DNA of 62,586 nucleotides, filler included, from Choristocarpus tenellus KU-1152 (taxonomy: Eukaryota > Protista > Phaeophyceae): assembly GCA_964200185.2 (NCBI GenBank). It is 13 parts of 13 records of this genome, joined end to end, with 100 filler letters (N's around TTAATTAATTAA, not from the genome) between each part and the next. Parts side by side here need not be neighbours in the genome. Positions count along the whole stretch, not along the records: positions 3,258 to 19,136 come from CAXNAD020000916.1; positions 19,237 to 22,134 come from CAXNAD020023807.1; positions 22,235 to 27,349 come from CAXNAD020011822.1; 10 more parts are not named here. One strand, written 5' to 3'. The notes below the pieces were generated by a model. That model did no database searches and was not told where the DNA came from. It worked only from the letters and a program-made list of their open reading frames with translations. The translations under genes and the position numbers were made by a program. This document shows positions 12,173-24,986 of the stretch, in pieces. Each line of letters opens with the position of its first letter. The first letter of the stretch is position 1.

Positions 12173-15100
12173 TCATGCAGTCTCCAGCCCATACTTACAC
12201 AGAAAATTCTCTGGCAGCAAGCTACTCATTGTGTAGTTCATCCATGCTATTGTCTCTGTTGTGAGATTGTAGTCATTGAAATTTTGCCCTGTGCTGGTTC
12301 GAACCTATGTGGGAACATGGAGTGGTGGAGGATGCATTATTTTTGGTGACCATCAGTAGTCATATACTTTATAGACCTTGGTCAAATACCACCTCAATGT
12401 CCGCCAAAGAAATACGACAGCAAGCCAGTGAGTAAAAATGCTCCTGTACCACACGCCAACTTGAAATAAAGCTATAGATGTAACAGATTGGAGTGAATAC
12501 TTTGAAAAACATGTTTGGAGGAAATCATGAACAGTGCAATATTTGTTCATTTCAAGCATTGATACTTGGCATTTGAGCTAGAAATTTGGCTTGCACTATC
12601 ACACAACCTTGGAATTACGATTGGGTCGTTGTATGATATCACCCTTGCTTTCCATAGTCAGCAATGCTTCTTTCGTTGTTGCCTCCACAATGGTGTGAAT
12701 CTCCACACCGGTGGCATTCAATGAGAACAAAGAAGCTAAGGCCCAGTACGGAATCTCGGATACCTGAAGCAAAGTTAGAAGCAACATCATCAGGAAAACG
12801 TCATCGCAACAAGACATCAATTTACATTAGCCACTGGCACCAAACATTCCAATGTCCTTGAAGCCAAGGCCAATGATCAACAGATGCTCATGGCAACACG
12901 CGTGATACAGATGACCCAGAAATATAGCTGATCTTTTCCATCTCTAGCATTGACAGGTAAGACAGGGAGAATTGCTGTGTGACATCCCTGCTGAAACTTG
13001 TCCTTGATCTGTAGATCTTTACTCACACGTTTTGAACTACCTACACAGACATATTAAGTCAACTCTAACGTGCAGAGAGAGGAACGGCACATTTCTTACT
13101 CTTTTCTAGAATATTAATCAAATACTAACATTCACATGACACCCAACCAGTGTCTCGGTGGCAAACTGTGTCTCAAATGGGGTGAGTGCAGAGTATACAC
13201 TTCTTTCGTGGAAGTGGAACGTACAATGAGACAGAAATTAGCCACTCAGTTGTAAATTCTACAAATGAAAACGATGCACATACCTGGAGATCTTCGTAAT
13301 GGAGCACCAGTGAACTATCCTTGAGGACAGTTGTGTGCCACACCCAACGTTGACGTATCCAGGAGGTGACGGACTAACGGTGAGAAGAGAGAGATTTGGA
13401 AATTCGTCAAGAGTTCATATACTGATATCAATTGGAGTGAGAGTAGTGATTAATTCTACCATGGTAAGCTTGGTGTCGTCTACTCCAACCACAAATTTGG
13501 AATAATAATCTCCCTCAAGGTTGCACACCAGTGCCAGGTAGATTTGGTCAAAAATACCCAATGGCCGACCTTGCTTGACTTGTGGATCAAGACAGCAATA
13601 AGGGCATTTATTCGCCTTCACATTCCAAAGACACTTAAAGGTAACCATTCACGTGAGCCCAATGATATGTACGTGCATTAAAAGCTGCAGTGGGAATATG
13701 TCCGTCATATTATTGACCAAAATGATTACTATTACTCATGAACAGTGAAGGTTGAATCGTATTTGGTGTATGTAATGAGTTTGCTCCACCACAAAATTGA
13801 ATCGATAGTATCATGAGTGCTCTATCCACTGTTGAGTCATCAAGACTGCTCTCTCATGGAACGAGGGCTTACCTCAAACCTTCTCCTGACGAACTCGTCC
13901 ATACTAGTGTCTGAGATCCCACGATAAAAGTACTCTGATATCACCACGTTTCTGGGATCTCTAACAATGACAATTTGACTGGACATAGAGTTAGACGAGG
14001 GAGTAGGAGGGTTAGTGTGGAAGACCGATTAACAAATGCATGATGTTTCAATCTTTCTTTAAATCAAATGCTTTAGGCTACTGCAGTGTATGCAATTTCA
14101 CTTCTGAAGGAGAGGTCCTCAGACCATACATTTGTCTCAGCGTGACCACAGACGACTCACTTTGACTAACCATGATACGACCACTTTGAATTATCTACGA
14201 ATCTAAGATTTCAAAGCACTTTAGGGCATGGCATTTCATCCATTCTTTGTGTGTTTCTTTAGTCAGGGAAAACATATGGGGTTGAGCTTTGCCAGAGTAG
14301 AAAATGAACAGGGTGAGCCCTACTTAAGGATGGCAATTGCATCAGGTATAGAGTGAAGGTATCTTAGAGGGTACTTGTTTTGCCCTGTTTGTCCATTTGG
14401 GGCTTGACTTCCCATGGGTGTTTTTATGACGTTCTCCTACTCCAACATGTTTCGGAGTAGGTAAAATGTATACATTGTGAAAAGGTGTGTCCAAAAACAT
14501 GGATATTGACTCTTCGTAAGAAACACGATGACCAAAATTACATCAAAATCGCAACATTGGATTTTGGACCCCAAATGGATGCGGTTCTACCCTCTAAGAT
14601 ACTTTGGCCTATATATTCAAGACCCTATCTCTTTTGGGTCCGGAGCATGCACTTATAAGACACTTTGAAGCACTCCACATCTTATCATTTTTGACACGGA
14701 GCATTGAAGAGGGTAGGAGTTTTGCCCTGTTTGCTCGTTCAGGGCTTGGCTTCCCACAGTTTTGTTATGACATTTACTTACTCCGAAATGTTTCGGAATA
14801 GGTAAAATGTGTAGGACTACGAGATTTGTGTCCAGAACAAGGATACTTATACTTCCTAACAAATACGATAGCCAAAATTACATCAAAATCGCAGCATTGA
14901 ATTTTGGACCCCACTTGGACCTGCCCCTACCCCCTAAGATACTTTGACTCTTTTACTCATTATTGTTGTTGATCCCAGTGTCAGGTATTTTTGTAACTAG
15001 TGATCGGTGTTCCAGCACGCAATCAGGTGGATGGCATAGGAGATGACACACTTTTAGATCCTTACCGTGTAAAGGAGATGCTTATCTTGCAGTTAGTTGG

Positions 15101-17187
15101 GAGAAACTTTCCCAGCTCAGCACGTGTGGGTTCCTCACCATTTAGGCACGGAATAGAGGTGTCCATTCCCGGAAAATGAGATCTTGGGGCACCACAGGAT
15201 TTCATCCAGGGTATCATATGCTTGTGACGTTCCTGGATGGCACGTATATGGAATGGCGATATCATCGATTTCCTTCCAACAAATATATTCCAAATTGAAA
15301 TATGAGAGTGGAGCATATTGGAGACCCCCAGGCAACAGAACCCACTATTGCTTACGAACTAGGCGCACAGTACTCGGATCAAACATAGGATATCAAGTTC
15401 TCTTGTCCTTACACCCAACCTCCGTCTGGGCAGCACTCACCTTGAACTCGAACTCTTGGCCATTTTGCGACATGGAAAAACCGTGCATATTCCCCTCTAA
15501 CGAACACCTGCAGGTTGTTGTGGGAAGCCCTCCCTGTTGGGGAATGTTCTATGGTCTAGAAATCACACAAGCTTCTTCAGTGCTTGTTGCGACCCATCTT
15601 TCATTCACCCACTACAACAGATGCAAAATCAAATTTGGGTAACATATATTGTCATAGAAAAATTGACCCACAGTTTGCATCCCTTGCATATCTGTTTCAT
15701 TCTAGGTCTGGTCTGTCTACAGCCAGGAGAGGCTCGAGTTGTTCTTCACTAGATATTCCCAGGCCATTGAATTTCACAGGGGAAGTCTCTCTATCATACC
15801 TTTTAACGTCTTCAACCGAAGTCTAAGGTTATTTTCAGTGTTAATTTCCAAAAACAGGTTTGGATTAGGATTAGGGTGTGAGTTAGATTGTTGAAAATAA
15901 GTGTGACGAAGTGAAAAGCTGTGCATCCTTGAGATGTTATGGTTCATCAGTGCACACTACATTACTCGACCACTTCTTCTAGAATATTTACTTTGCTGGT
16001 TCAGGATATTTTCAACACGAAGTCGGAGTTAAAGTTGGAGTTAGGTTTTTTTTAAATGCGTCCGAAAAGTTTAGAGAATATTACTGTGGTGGTTCCCCAA
16101 GTGGGAGTTCAGGAAAACAGTGGGGTTCCCTGTTCACTGCACCGTCAGTATGGACAGAAGTGACTGCTGGATATTGACGGTTGAGAAAATGAAAAATGCA
16201 TCCCTTACACGAGGAAATGCCAGGAACAGTCCTTATTATTCTTGCTTGGATAGCATTGATGATAATAAGGCGAAGAAGTTCCAGGTCTAACCGCTGGAAT
16301 CACATCTGCACGTTCTAGTCGAATTTGATGTAGAGTCAAAACCCTCGTCGGGATGTTTATTGCATTGCGAGAAATGTTGATATCTAACCACTGGGAGTAG
16401 TTGACGAGAAGGGAATACACTAGGGGGAGACTTGATCCTTTTTTTTGTAAGGCTTGTTAACTACGCTGAGTGAAACCTTTGAAGAGGGTAGGAGTTTTGC
16501 CCTATTTGTCCATTGGGAGCAGCGCAGCACATGATCTTTTTATGCCCTTTTTCGGTTTTCTGTGTGAACACAGTTACCTAAAATGTATACGACTATGAAA
16601 GGTGTGTCCGGAACAGGGATATTGATACTTGCTAACAACTATGATAGTCAGAATTCATCAAAATCGCAACATTTGGTTTATGATCGCTAACGGACGCGGT
16701 CCTACTCTTTCAGATGTTTTGACTAGTTCCGAACAAACACTGGTGCGGACATGTAGACGTGCTCCAGCTGTGGTTCGTTAGGACCCACTTATTATATCTA
16801 AATTATTTCCGAGGATGTAAGATATGGTACAATACGAGGTAATTATGGACGAAGAGGGAAGTACCTTCGAATATCACAAAACATAGGTTCAGATTTTCAT
16901 CGTATGTACATACCTCCCTCTCCCAAATCTGGATGAAACCTCTTACATCCTACTTCTGGAAACCACCACCACCTGCAGTTGGAAGGACTTCCACATAATG
17001 TTTGAGCAGTCTTCCATGCGATGGCGGCCATCCAGGTCGTACCAGACTTTGGCTCTCCACGAAGTCGAATTTCTAGTTTGTGAAGAGTGGTGCTGCTATA
17101 ATCGTCATGACCGAATACAGGGACGTCCACTGCTCTAATCCCCACGAAGAACGTTTGCACGACCAGGAACAAGAGCAACGGTACCAT
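12173..17187 (-). CDS. PAPS-dependent sulfotransferase, 7 exons, about 310 aa, N-terminal signal/anchor
   Basis: Exons (minus) 16973-17187, 15441-15507, 15066-15232, 13873-13978, 13284-13373, 12608-12763, 12173-12304; all introns GT..AG, phases compatible, 933 nt from ATG to TGA; motifs GEPKSGTTW (5'-PSB), IVRDPRNVVIS (3'-PB), LHYEDL, NSKVRT. Confidence 0.9.
14351..14609 (-). mobile_element. MITE family A in sulfotransferase intron 3, 4-bp TSD TATA
   Basis: Reverse-oriented full copy, TATA both flanks. Confidence 0.9.
14693..14950 (-). mobile_element. MITE family A variant (alternative end) in sulfotransferase intron 3, TSD TTT(T)
   Basis: Family-A body; one end GACACGGAGCATTGAAGAGGGTAGG resembles the end of the 32382-32634 copy. 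Confidence 0.85.
16468..16725 (-). mobile_element. MITE family A, older diverged copy in sulfotransferase intron 1
   Basis: Recognisable body (AAAGGTGTGTCCGGAACA, CATCAAAATCGCAACATT), degenerate TIRs. Confidence 0.75.
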
Positions 17188-18779
17188 CTTACCAGGCACA
17201 GGAGGTCATGGTTGACAAGAAGTACATGGGGTGAGTTGTGGAAATTAGAAGTTTGGTGAAAAATATAGAGGACGATCGAAAGTGTTCCAGGTGATATTTT
17301 TTCACGTGAAGTTCAAAGGAGGGTAGTGTGTCAAGAATATGCTTTATATTCATTTCTAAAAGGAGATTCTGTAGAAGAAAAAAACAAAGGATGATAACAC
17401 AATGTTTGTGTTCTAAGGGATAGTAGTTATTTTGTGGTTAAAGAACTAATAAATGGAAGAGTTCAGGAATAGGAAGCATTGTGGACAAAAATCTGTGACT
17501 AGTGATTACTGATGAGGGATTAGAACAGATCTTTACCCAAAATGGAATTCACTATCGAAAGGTCTTATCTTTCACCACTCGTTCGTTCTGTTAGTACTAT
17601 TTTTCATTGTCAACTGTTATGAAATTTCATATATCAAGTGTGAAACAATACTGAAAAGGGAAAATTTATGAAGTAATCTTGAGTATTGGAAGCCCAAGAA
17701 TTCTGGTGGTACAGTGTTGGCAGTCGGCTTTTGCATAAACTTCGTTGTGCCATAACTTTTGATCAACAACAATATTCTTCATGAAAATTCGTTTGTTGTA
17801 ATCGCATCAGCATGCTTAACTTATTTGATGGTCTCTTGATTAGCCAACTTACAGTAATGGTGAGAAATACAGGACCATACTTAAATCAAGTATTCCGCGT
17901 GAACGGTTCGCACAGGAGGTGCCACGCGGCGCGAGAGAACCGCGCACTTAAGGATGATTTTGACCCCTGAAAAGGTCATCTTCACTTGGAGAACATGGGC
18001 TGTTGTCTCTCCATTCTTTTTCCATTATTTCCCGTTTATTATGCGATGCTGTAACCTGCTGGGTAAGGCTCACTCATGGGGGCCCAGACCTCTGAACCTG
18101 ACAATCCATGCCAAGTGAAATGAGGTATTCTGAAGGCGCAGGCCTCCTGTGAGACTTAAATGTCTTGTACACCCTGTCCAATTTGGTGCACTCCATGCCT
18201 TTCTCGTTGGAATATATCAGGTGGTAAGCAATGCTTAACCTGAAGAAACTCTCCATAATTTCTCTGGACAGCTCCTCTTCCTCCTTAAGACTGACAGGAA
18301 TATGGTTCTCATTCCAGGCAACATGCAGTCACAGTGGCCTCGTACATAGTACTTCACCCACACCCCCACACCATCTCTATCGGGTTCAATTCACATTGGT
18401 ACTTTGGAGCATCAAGCAGTGTTCTCTGTGCAAAGTAGGACAATAATAGTGAGGTGTACCTTATTTCGTGTATGAGAAATGTAACTAATGAGATATTACA
18501 TCCGGATTATCAATGGGAATATGTTTATGGGTTTTTATTCTGCATTCAACTACTTTGACATAACCATGGACTTATTATGAGGTACGAATAATACTAAAAC
18601 AAGCAATAAGAAGACACCCCACAAAGGTTACTCTTCTAATTCCATCCATTCTTTCCACGTTCAGCAAAGGGGATCGTGTGAGGCTTCACACCTTCTTGTC
18701 TTCACTACTGATAAATATATTTACCTCCCAAGGTAAAGTGCGCATCCTCCAAGACGCTGAACCAGAATCGTGTCCTTTG

Positions 18780-19136
18780 TGTGTGACTTAAACAGAATTA
18801 AGCCGAGGTTAGCCCACGTACCGTTTTGGTGGTGACCAATCTTGATTGTTTGAAAAGGTTGGTCAAGGAGTTAATCAACGATGTGAAAGTTTATGAAGTA
18901 ATCTGAGTTTTGTGGGCGGAAGAATTCTGGTTGGTTGGTGGGCATGAGGCAAGGAAGGGGACAAGGAAGAATAGAAGAATCAACAAAGAATGTACGAAGA
19001 GTTAAGGAACAGTTGGGAGGTTAAAGAATTGAGTGGCAGGCAGAGGCACGAGGAATGAAGGGGTGGTCAGTATTGAATTGGAGAAGAAACCGGAGGGGGG
19101 GTAACAAGGAGAGGGGTGCTAGAACAAAGAGGACCC
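18780..19136 (+). mobile_element. Fragment similar to the 5' region of the DIRS-like element at about 43160-43500
   Basis: tttatgaagtaatctgagttttgtgggcggaagaattctgg vs tttttgaagtcatctgagtttgtgtgcggaagaattctgg (about 43295), followed by a similar purine-rich tract. Confidence 0.5.
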
Positions 19137-19415
19137 NNNNNNNNNNNNNNNNNNNNNNNNNNNNNNNNNNNNNNNNNNNNTTAATTAATTAANNNNNNNN
19201 NNNNNNNNNNNNNNNNNNNNNNNNNNNNNNNNNNNNCTTCCCAGCTCCAAAACACACAAAAAAAAGGTCACATTATTGCACACCCCCCCCCCCCCCCCCC
19301 TCCCCCAACAAAAAAGGTCATCTCTATATTAAAACACGGACACTCACATACACATTCAGGTTTCTTATGCAATAAATATATATAGAGCCACCCAAACGTA
19401 GTGTCCTCAGCTCAC

Positions 19416-19502
19416 CTCAGCAATGTCCTTGTTCATAACAGCTTCAAACACCTGCAACTGGTTATCGAGCTCGATTCGATCTTCTGATAGCGCTTCATCC
19501 CC
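19416..19502 (-). CDS. Isolated internal exon of an unidentified protein (GDEALSEDRIELDNQLQVFEAVMNKDIAE)
   Basis: 87-nt phase 0-0 open exon bounded by cag and gtgag, with protein-like composition. Confidence 0.45.
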
Positions 19503-20158
19503 CTGAGATACAACACAAACACATACACATTAAAAACAAAAAATACAGACATGCTGAAGCAAACACAAGCATATTCACAAAAATAAAAAGCACACACATA
19601 TATAGACACTCACGAACACCACCACAGGAATAGGAAAGTCACACTACTTAACAGTCACACGACTCAAACAATATGTACAGTGTAGCACATACAAACACAT
19701 ACACTTGTATAAGTAACCCCTTCGGTTCACTAGGATAAACCTCGAAAAATAGGCAGGCTTGTATGCCATACCCTAGGCCAATGACGGCCTTGGAAGATAG
19801 AAGAGTCAGGGTCAAGTAAAACTCGGGAAGACAGGATATCTTTGGTAGAGATCGTCCTCTCAATCCCTGTCCAAAACTTGAGCAAAAACAACATGCACAA
19901 CTCTCAAGAAATCAACCCCTTCTCCACACCCTCTAGGAAGGCCATCATCAGTCCTTGCCAAAGTCCACATACATCCAAAAAGCAGTCTCCAACAGCACCT
20001 GACACTACTGTGAGGGGGGGATGTCCTTTCTCCACCTCTCCCACTGTGCCAAGTTCTTCGTGTCATTAGCACAGCTTATCTCAAGAATTTGAAATTCTCG
20101 AGTCTTGCAATCAACACTGCTCAGTACCACAAGGCAACCAAACAGTTACAAACAGTTA

Positions 20159-20558
20159 CAAACGATACCGCACAACAACAAAAAACTTCTTCAGATCTAA
20201 TTCTCACCTCATTGCGAGAGGGCTACCCTAACCCTAATCTCAACCTCAAACTCTAACCCTAACTCTAACTCTAACACTAACCCTAACTTTTATTAATAAC
20301 TTAACTGACACCCTTATCAACAATGACAAAAACATTCCAAACTCAAGACCGCACTAGTTTCAAAACAAACAATATCACACAACAACAAAAAGGTTTTCAG
20401 GCCTAATTCTCACCGCATTGCAAGAGGGCTACCCTAACCCTAATCTCAACCTCAAACTCTAACCCTAACTCTAACCCTACCTTTTATTAGTAACTTAAGT
20501 GACACCTTTATCAACAATGACAAAAATATTCCAAACTCAAGACCACACTAGTTTCAAA
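20159..20558. repeat. Two-copy tandem duplication (about 200-bp unit) containing degenerate telomere-like (CCCTAA) arrays
   Basis: 20159-20365 and 20366-20558 align over their length; each carries accctaaccctaatctcaacctcaaactctaaccctaactctaac. Confidence 0.85.
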
Positions 20559-22758
20559 GCTGGCAATCAGAACTTCAACATGTGTATAGTATCAACAAAA
20601 AAATAAAATGCCCCGATACGCCATGCGCACACTTAAAAACCTAGTTGTTCATCCTAGCAAACCAGGGGGAGTTCCCAAATAGACATACAACACCACTACC
20701 ATTGTCATTGTCAGCATTCACCTTTCCCACTCCTTCAAAGAAAAATTTATCAGGTAACTAATAAATTGAACAAACCGGGTAGAAAAGTATGTTTTCCAAA
20801 TTCAGAGGTGACTGTAGGTCTTGGGGCACCACAGGGCACCACAGATCTTCAGAGTATTTATTACTCGCCTTCCAAACCATGTAAGTTGCAATACCAAGTG
20901 CTATAACTACACAGTAGTACTGGAATACTAGTACATTATTTTTAAATAGTATATTTATTTTTTCAGTTAGCAGCCTGGGAAGAAATTACCAGACCGGAGA
21001 ACCACTTCATAAAAAGAGAACCAAGCAGGAACACCCACAGATATCTATCTCTAACTGGAATAAGCAAGTGTAGTAGTAACCAGACAGGTGGGCATACATG
21101 TAACATACAACTTTTAAGGCTTTTGATTTCTCAAGAGATAGGCTGAAAAGGAGGACTGACTACTATATCTACTACATACATTATTACAAACAACAGTAAA
21201 GTTTAGGTGACGATCAACCCTAACCTCTCACAGTTGTGGCAAAGAAAAGAAAAAGAAAAACTAAAGATGCAAAAAAAACAAGGGGGGACAAAATTGAATC
21301 ACTCTAAGGGTATTTTGTTGGGATGTTTTGTTGCTACATTGAGTCGATGAAAAAACGATCTCATAGCATTTGAAAGATAATTAATTACTAGTAGTAATAT
21401 TATTATTATTATTTTACAGTCTCATCCGCTATACACACTACGCGGGGAACACAATTATGCGAATGGGGTCTGATTGACCGAAAAGGGATCTCCAATCTCT
21501 GTCTTGTTCTGGGGAGGTATACGACGAGATGAGGTGTACCCTTATTACAGTCGAACAGTATTCCAACAAAAATTATTGTACCTGCTGAAGTACACAGATC
21601 CTCCAGGCTAGGATTACAGCCCACAGAACCAACAGCATGTATCCCTCCATGTTTATTTTTTTACTCATAATAAAAAAAATGATCATATATATATATATGT
21701 ATGTATGTGCACATACACCTGAAGCATATTTTAAATTTCATCTCTTCAACCCCACTCCTATCCAAGCCATCGCATCACACCTCAAAAGTAAAAACTGCTA
21801 CAGAAGTACAATAAAGTACTACAGTGTTTTCTTACACACACACACACATTTACCGATCATCTCCATGAAAAGTTCATCTCTTACCAAGACAACAAAAATG
21901 CAAAAACAAGAGGATAATTTCAATCTTTACATAAACAATAAATGGTACAATGCCAGGCAAGTATCAAACCACCTCAAGTGGCAAGGTGTGCAGGACTCAC
22001 GCAATAATCTTCCAACACAACAAGCAACCCCCTAAAAAAACCAGGAATTCACAAATCCCATCCCCAATACTGTCCCAGCACCCCTCCAACCCCCCCCCCC
22101 CCCCCCCCCCACCCAAACCACCCCCCACACCCCANNNNNNNNNNNNNNNNNNNNNNNNNNNNNNNNNNNNNNNNNNNNTTAATTAATTAANNNNNNNNNN
22201 NNNNNNNNNNNNNNNNNNNNNNNNNNNNNNNNNNGCCGCTAATTGGTGTTAATCGGTTCAAGGGAGGTTTCTTCTCCTCACCAAACAGTGTTGTGTGTGG
22301 AAGGAAAGAAAAAAAAAGGGGGGGGGGTGGATGTAACAAACACCATGCGTCAAGAATTCAGGCACGAGATGTTTATTTGACCTACGTATTCAGGATGAAG
22401 ACATGCTGTAGAAAATTATTGCTGTAGAAAATTAGGACTAGATAAAGAGAATGTACCTGCTGCCTACATAGAAGTCAATAGTTTCGGAAAGAATAGCGCA
22501 TCGGTACAGCATCAGCGAGTGCATGGTATCATCGTTACCCGCAGTAGGAACTTCCTGAATCCCAATGACATGGAATTCAACCAACCTCTCTTGTTACCAT
22601 CTTTGTATATTGCAAAGTTTAATGATTAAAAGCAAAGAGCACAATAACATATGGCAGTGATTTAGTACATACAGAGTTGGCTGAAGTCGACAATCATAAA
22701 CAGCAGTTCTAACCACCCTCGGTATTACGCAAATCGAGCGCTGGTCAAGTTTACCCAC

Positions 22759-23533
22759 CCTTTTGATAGGATCTCTTGGAAGTGGGCGAACAGATTCTTG
22801 TCTGTATAAAAAGTACTCTTCAAAGTCAATGGCATTTCGAGGGGTGTCACCATGTAGCGGTTTCGTTTCTGCATGGAGTGTAGTATAGATGTTCACAGTA
22901 TACCTCATCTCCACCCGCTTCCAAAAGATGAACGATGACTTCGAGAAGATACGCTCCTCCATCATCTCTGATCGCTTCTTAGTTGGCTGCACTGCGTTGA
23001 GTTTGCTGGTGATTGGGGAGGGGGTGGGAGATTTGCGTAGAGTAGGTAACTACACACGCACCATGTAAACTACGCCTCGAGCAAGTACAAACTGTACCAG
23101 CCTTACTAATAGCACCAGAAACAGCATAGCAACGCCACACCTGAGAAAGAGAGGGAGAGAGAGCGATCGACTAGAGGACAGAAGCTCAGTCCTACGACTG
23201 CGAATTCTTCTCTTTGCAACGGGGACTTCTTGTTACAGAGGAAGCTCAACCACGGTGACGTAATATCCGCAACCTGAAACGACACTACCAGAATATAGTA
23301 TACCAGGGACCACGCACTATCAACCTGTTCAATTCCCACCTGTCCAGGAAAGAGTCAAACCCCCGGATAACGTTGCCAAGGGGTGTGTTTCGGAGGTAGT
23401 TCCCTTCCTCCTCGAATATCTGCCTCTCGCAATTCTCCAAGCTCTCCTCCAGGTCCTTCTTGTGCACCCGAAGGATTTGCATTTCTTCGGACGCCACTCC
23501 GATACCATCGGAAGCGGTGAATGGCATTGCCAT
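22759..23533 (-). CDS. EAF6: Chromatin modification-related protein EAF6 (NuA4/MYST HAT subunit); 3' end uncertain
   Basis: Exon 1 23340-23533 (KKDLEESLENCERQIFEEEGNYLRNTPLGNVIRGFD) splices GT..AG in phase 2 to exon 2 starting at 23005 (KLNAVQPTKKRSEMMEERIFSKSS); both conserved Eaf6 blocks present. Confidence 0.88.
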
Positions 23534-24689
23534 GTCGAGGAAAGAGGCAGGTTTGAGAACCCCTATTACCCTTAAGCCAATCTACAGAAATGGTAGAACG
23601 ACTATACTACTAATAGCATTTTTGTTGAATATACTGTACATTTGCACCACCAAGGGTGTGAACCCTAACCCTAAGTACTGTGCAGTCTCAGTCTTATTAT
23701 GATCAAATTAGTACCATTCTGAACATATCCTACTCATAATAAGTGCACTTCCCAAGAAATACGCTACTCCTTGCGTATACTCCATCAAATTATTTTATTC
23801 TTCAACAACAGGACGATTTAGAGTAGGAGGTGGTTCGGGTTCCTCTGAGAGAGTAAGCCCTATTGTTTGACATGCTATCGATGATTCCATTACCAACCCG
23901 TCAAGGACAACCAACCAACCAATCCTCCAACGAACAGGGGATGAAACGGAGAACTCTTCTATTTTGGTATAGTTGATGCAATTGGATAGGCGAACGCAAC
24001 TTGCAACCATATTAACAATCACAATACGACTTCATCCTTCGGTTATTCAGGTAACTTCATTTTTTAGTGAGTGCAACACACCTTGGCAAACCATCGTATC
24101 GTGTTGTTTGTTTGCATATAATAATGTTGATAAGTAATCATAATGCCTCCCTATTATTAAAAACATTCAAGATTTTTTGTGAGTGTCATATCTGAGTCAC
24201 ATCATTAAAAGTTATCCTGTTTTAGAGTGCCATAGAGAAATTGCATCCGTTGTACGTTACTACACATCCTCAAACATTTCATGTTTTCTCTGATATTATT
24301 ATGGTGCAAATTGTCGCGGTGACTACGCAAGTGGCATTGTCTAGACGTGTCATGCGCTTTAAACTAGTCACCAGGGAGATGGGCACGGAGGGATTTGTTG
24401 GATTCTTCGGATGCCTCCCTAGCTCCCCCCCCGGGGGCGCAGGAGTAGGTAGATGGGAAGCAAAGGACGACAGTAGTACAATATTGATAGTGGTGAAGTA
24501 ACTGATGGTTTTCACTCTTACAGTGTTTTATAGTGTTTTCACATTAATGATATTTTATCTCTTTAGGGCTTATACTGACATATTATGTATACTTTTCGTT
24601 TGTTTTCCCTCTGGCACATCTGTAAAATGTCAGAGGGCATAATAATATATGTGGAGCTGGCAGTCGCCTCTAGGATAAGATTGGATTTA

Positions 24690-24986
24690 ATTCATTTTGA
24701 GGTGATACAAGGTGTCCTGATTGGTGATCAGAATATCAAATTAAAGCTAAGACCAAATGCTGACGATTGGTACAAAGAAATCCGGTCGCAAATTACTTTA
24801 TGTTGAGATAGGAAATACCGAAATGTTCGGTTGAATTGCCAAAAAAAATGAAAATCGCTGAAAATCATATCAACATTTTTTTTGCGACCTGATTTCTTTG
24901 CGCCAATCGATTTCTTATGATCTCAGGTTCAATTTGATATTATGCTGATCACCTATCAGGTCGCCTTGCATCACTTCGAAATTAAT
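24690..24986. mobile_element. Foldback-type MITE with about 100-bp imperfect inverted arms
   Basis: 24690-24792 is an imperfect reverse complement of 24881-24986 (e.g. gaggtgatacaagg / ccttgcatcacttc; aaagaaatccggtcgcaaa / tttgcgacctgatttcttt). Confidence 0.75.

Noticed and set aside
19890-20060. Minus-strand VSGAVGDCFLDVCGLWQG resembling a LINE RT motif
   Set aside because: Too short and degenerate to call
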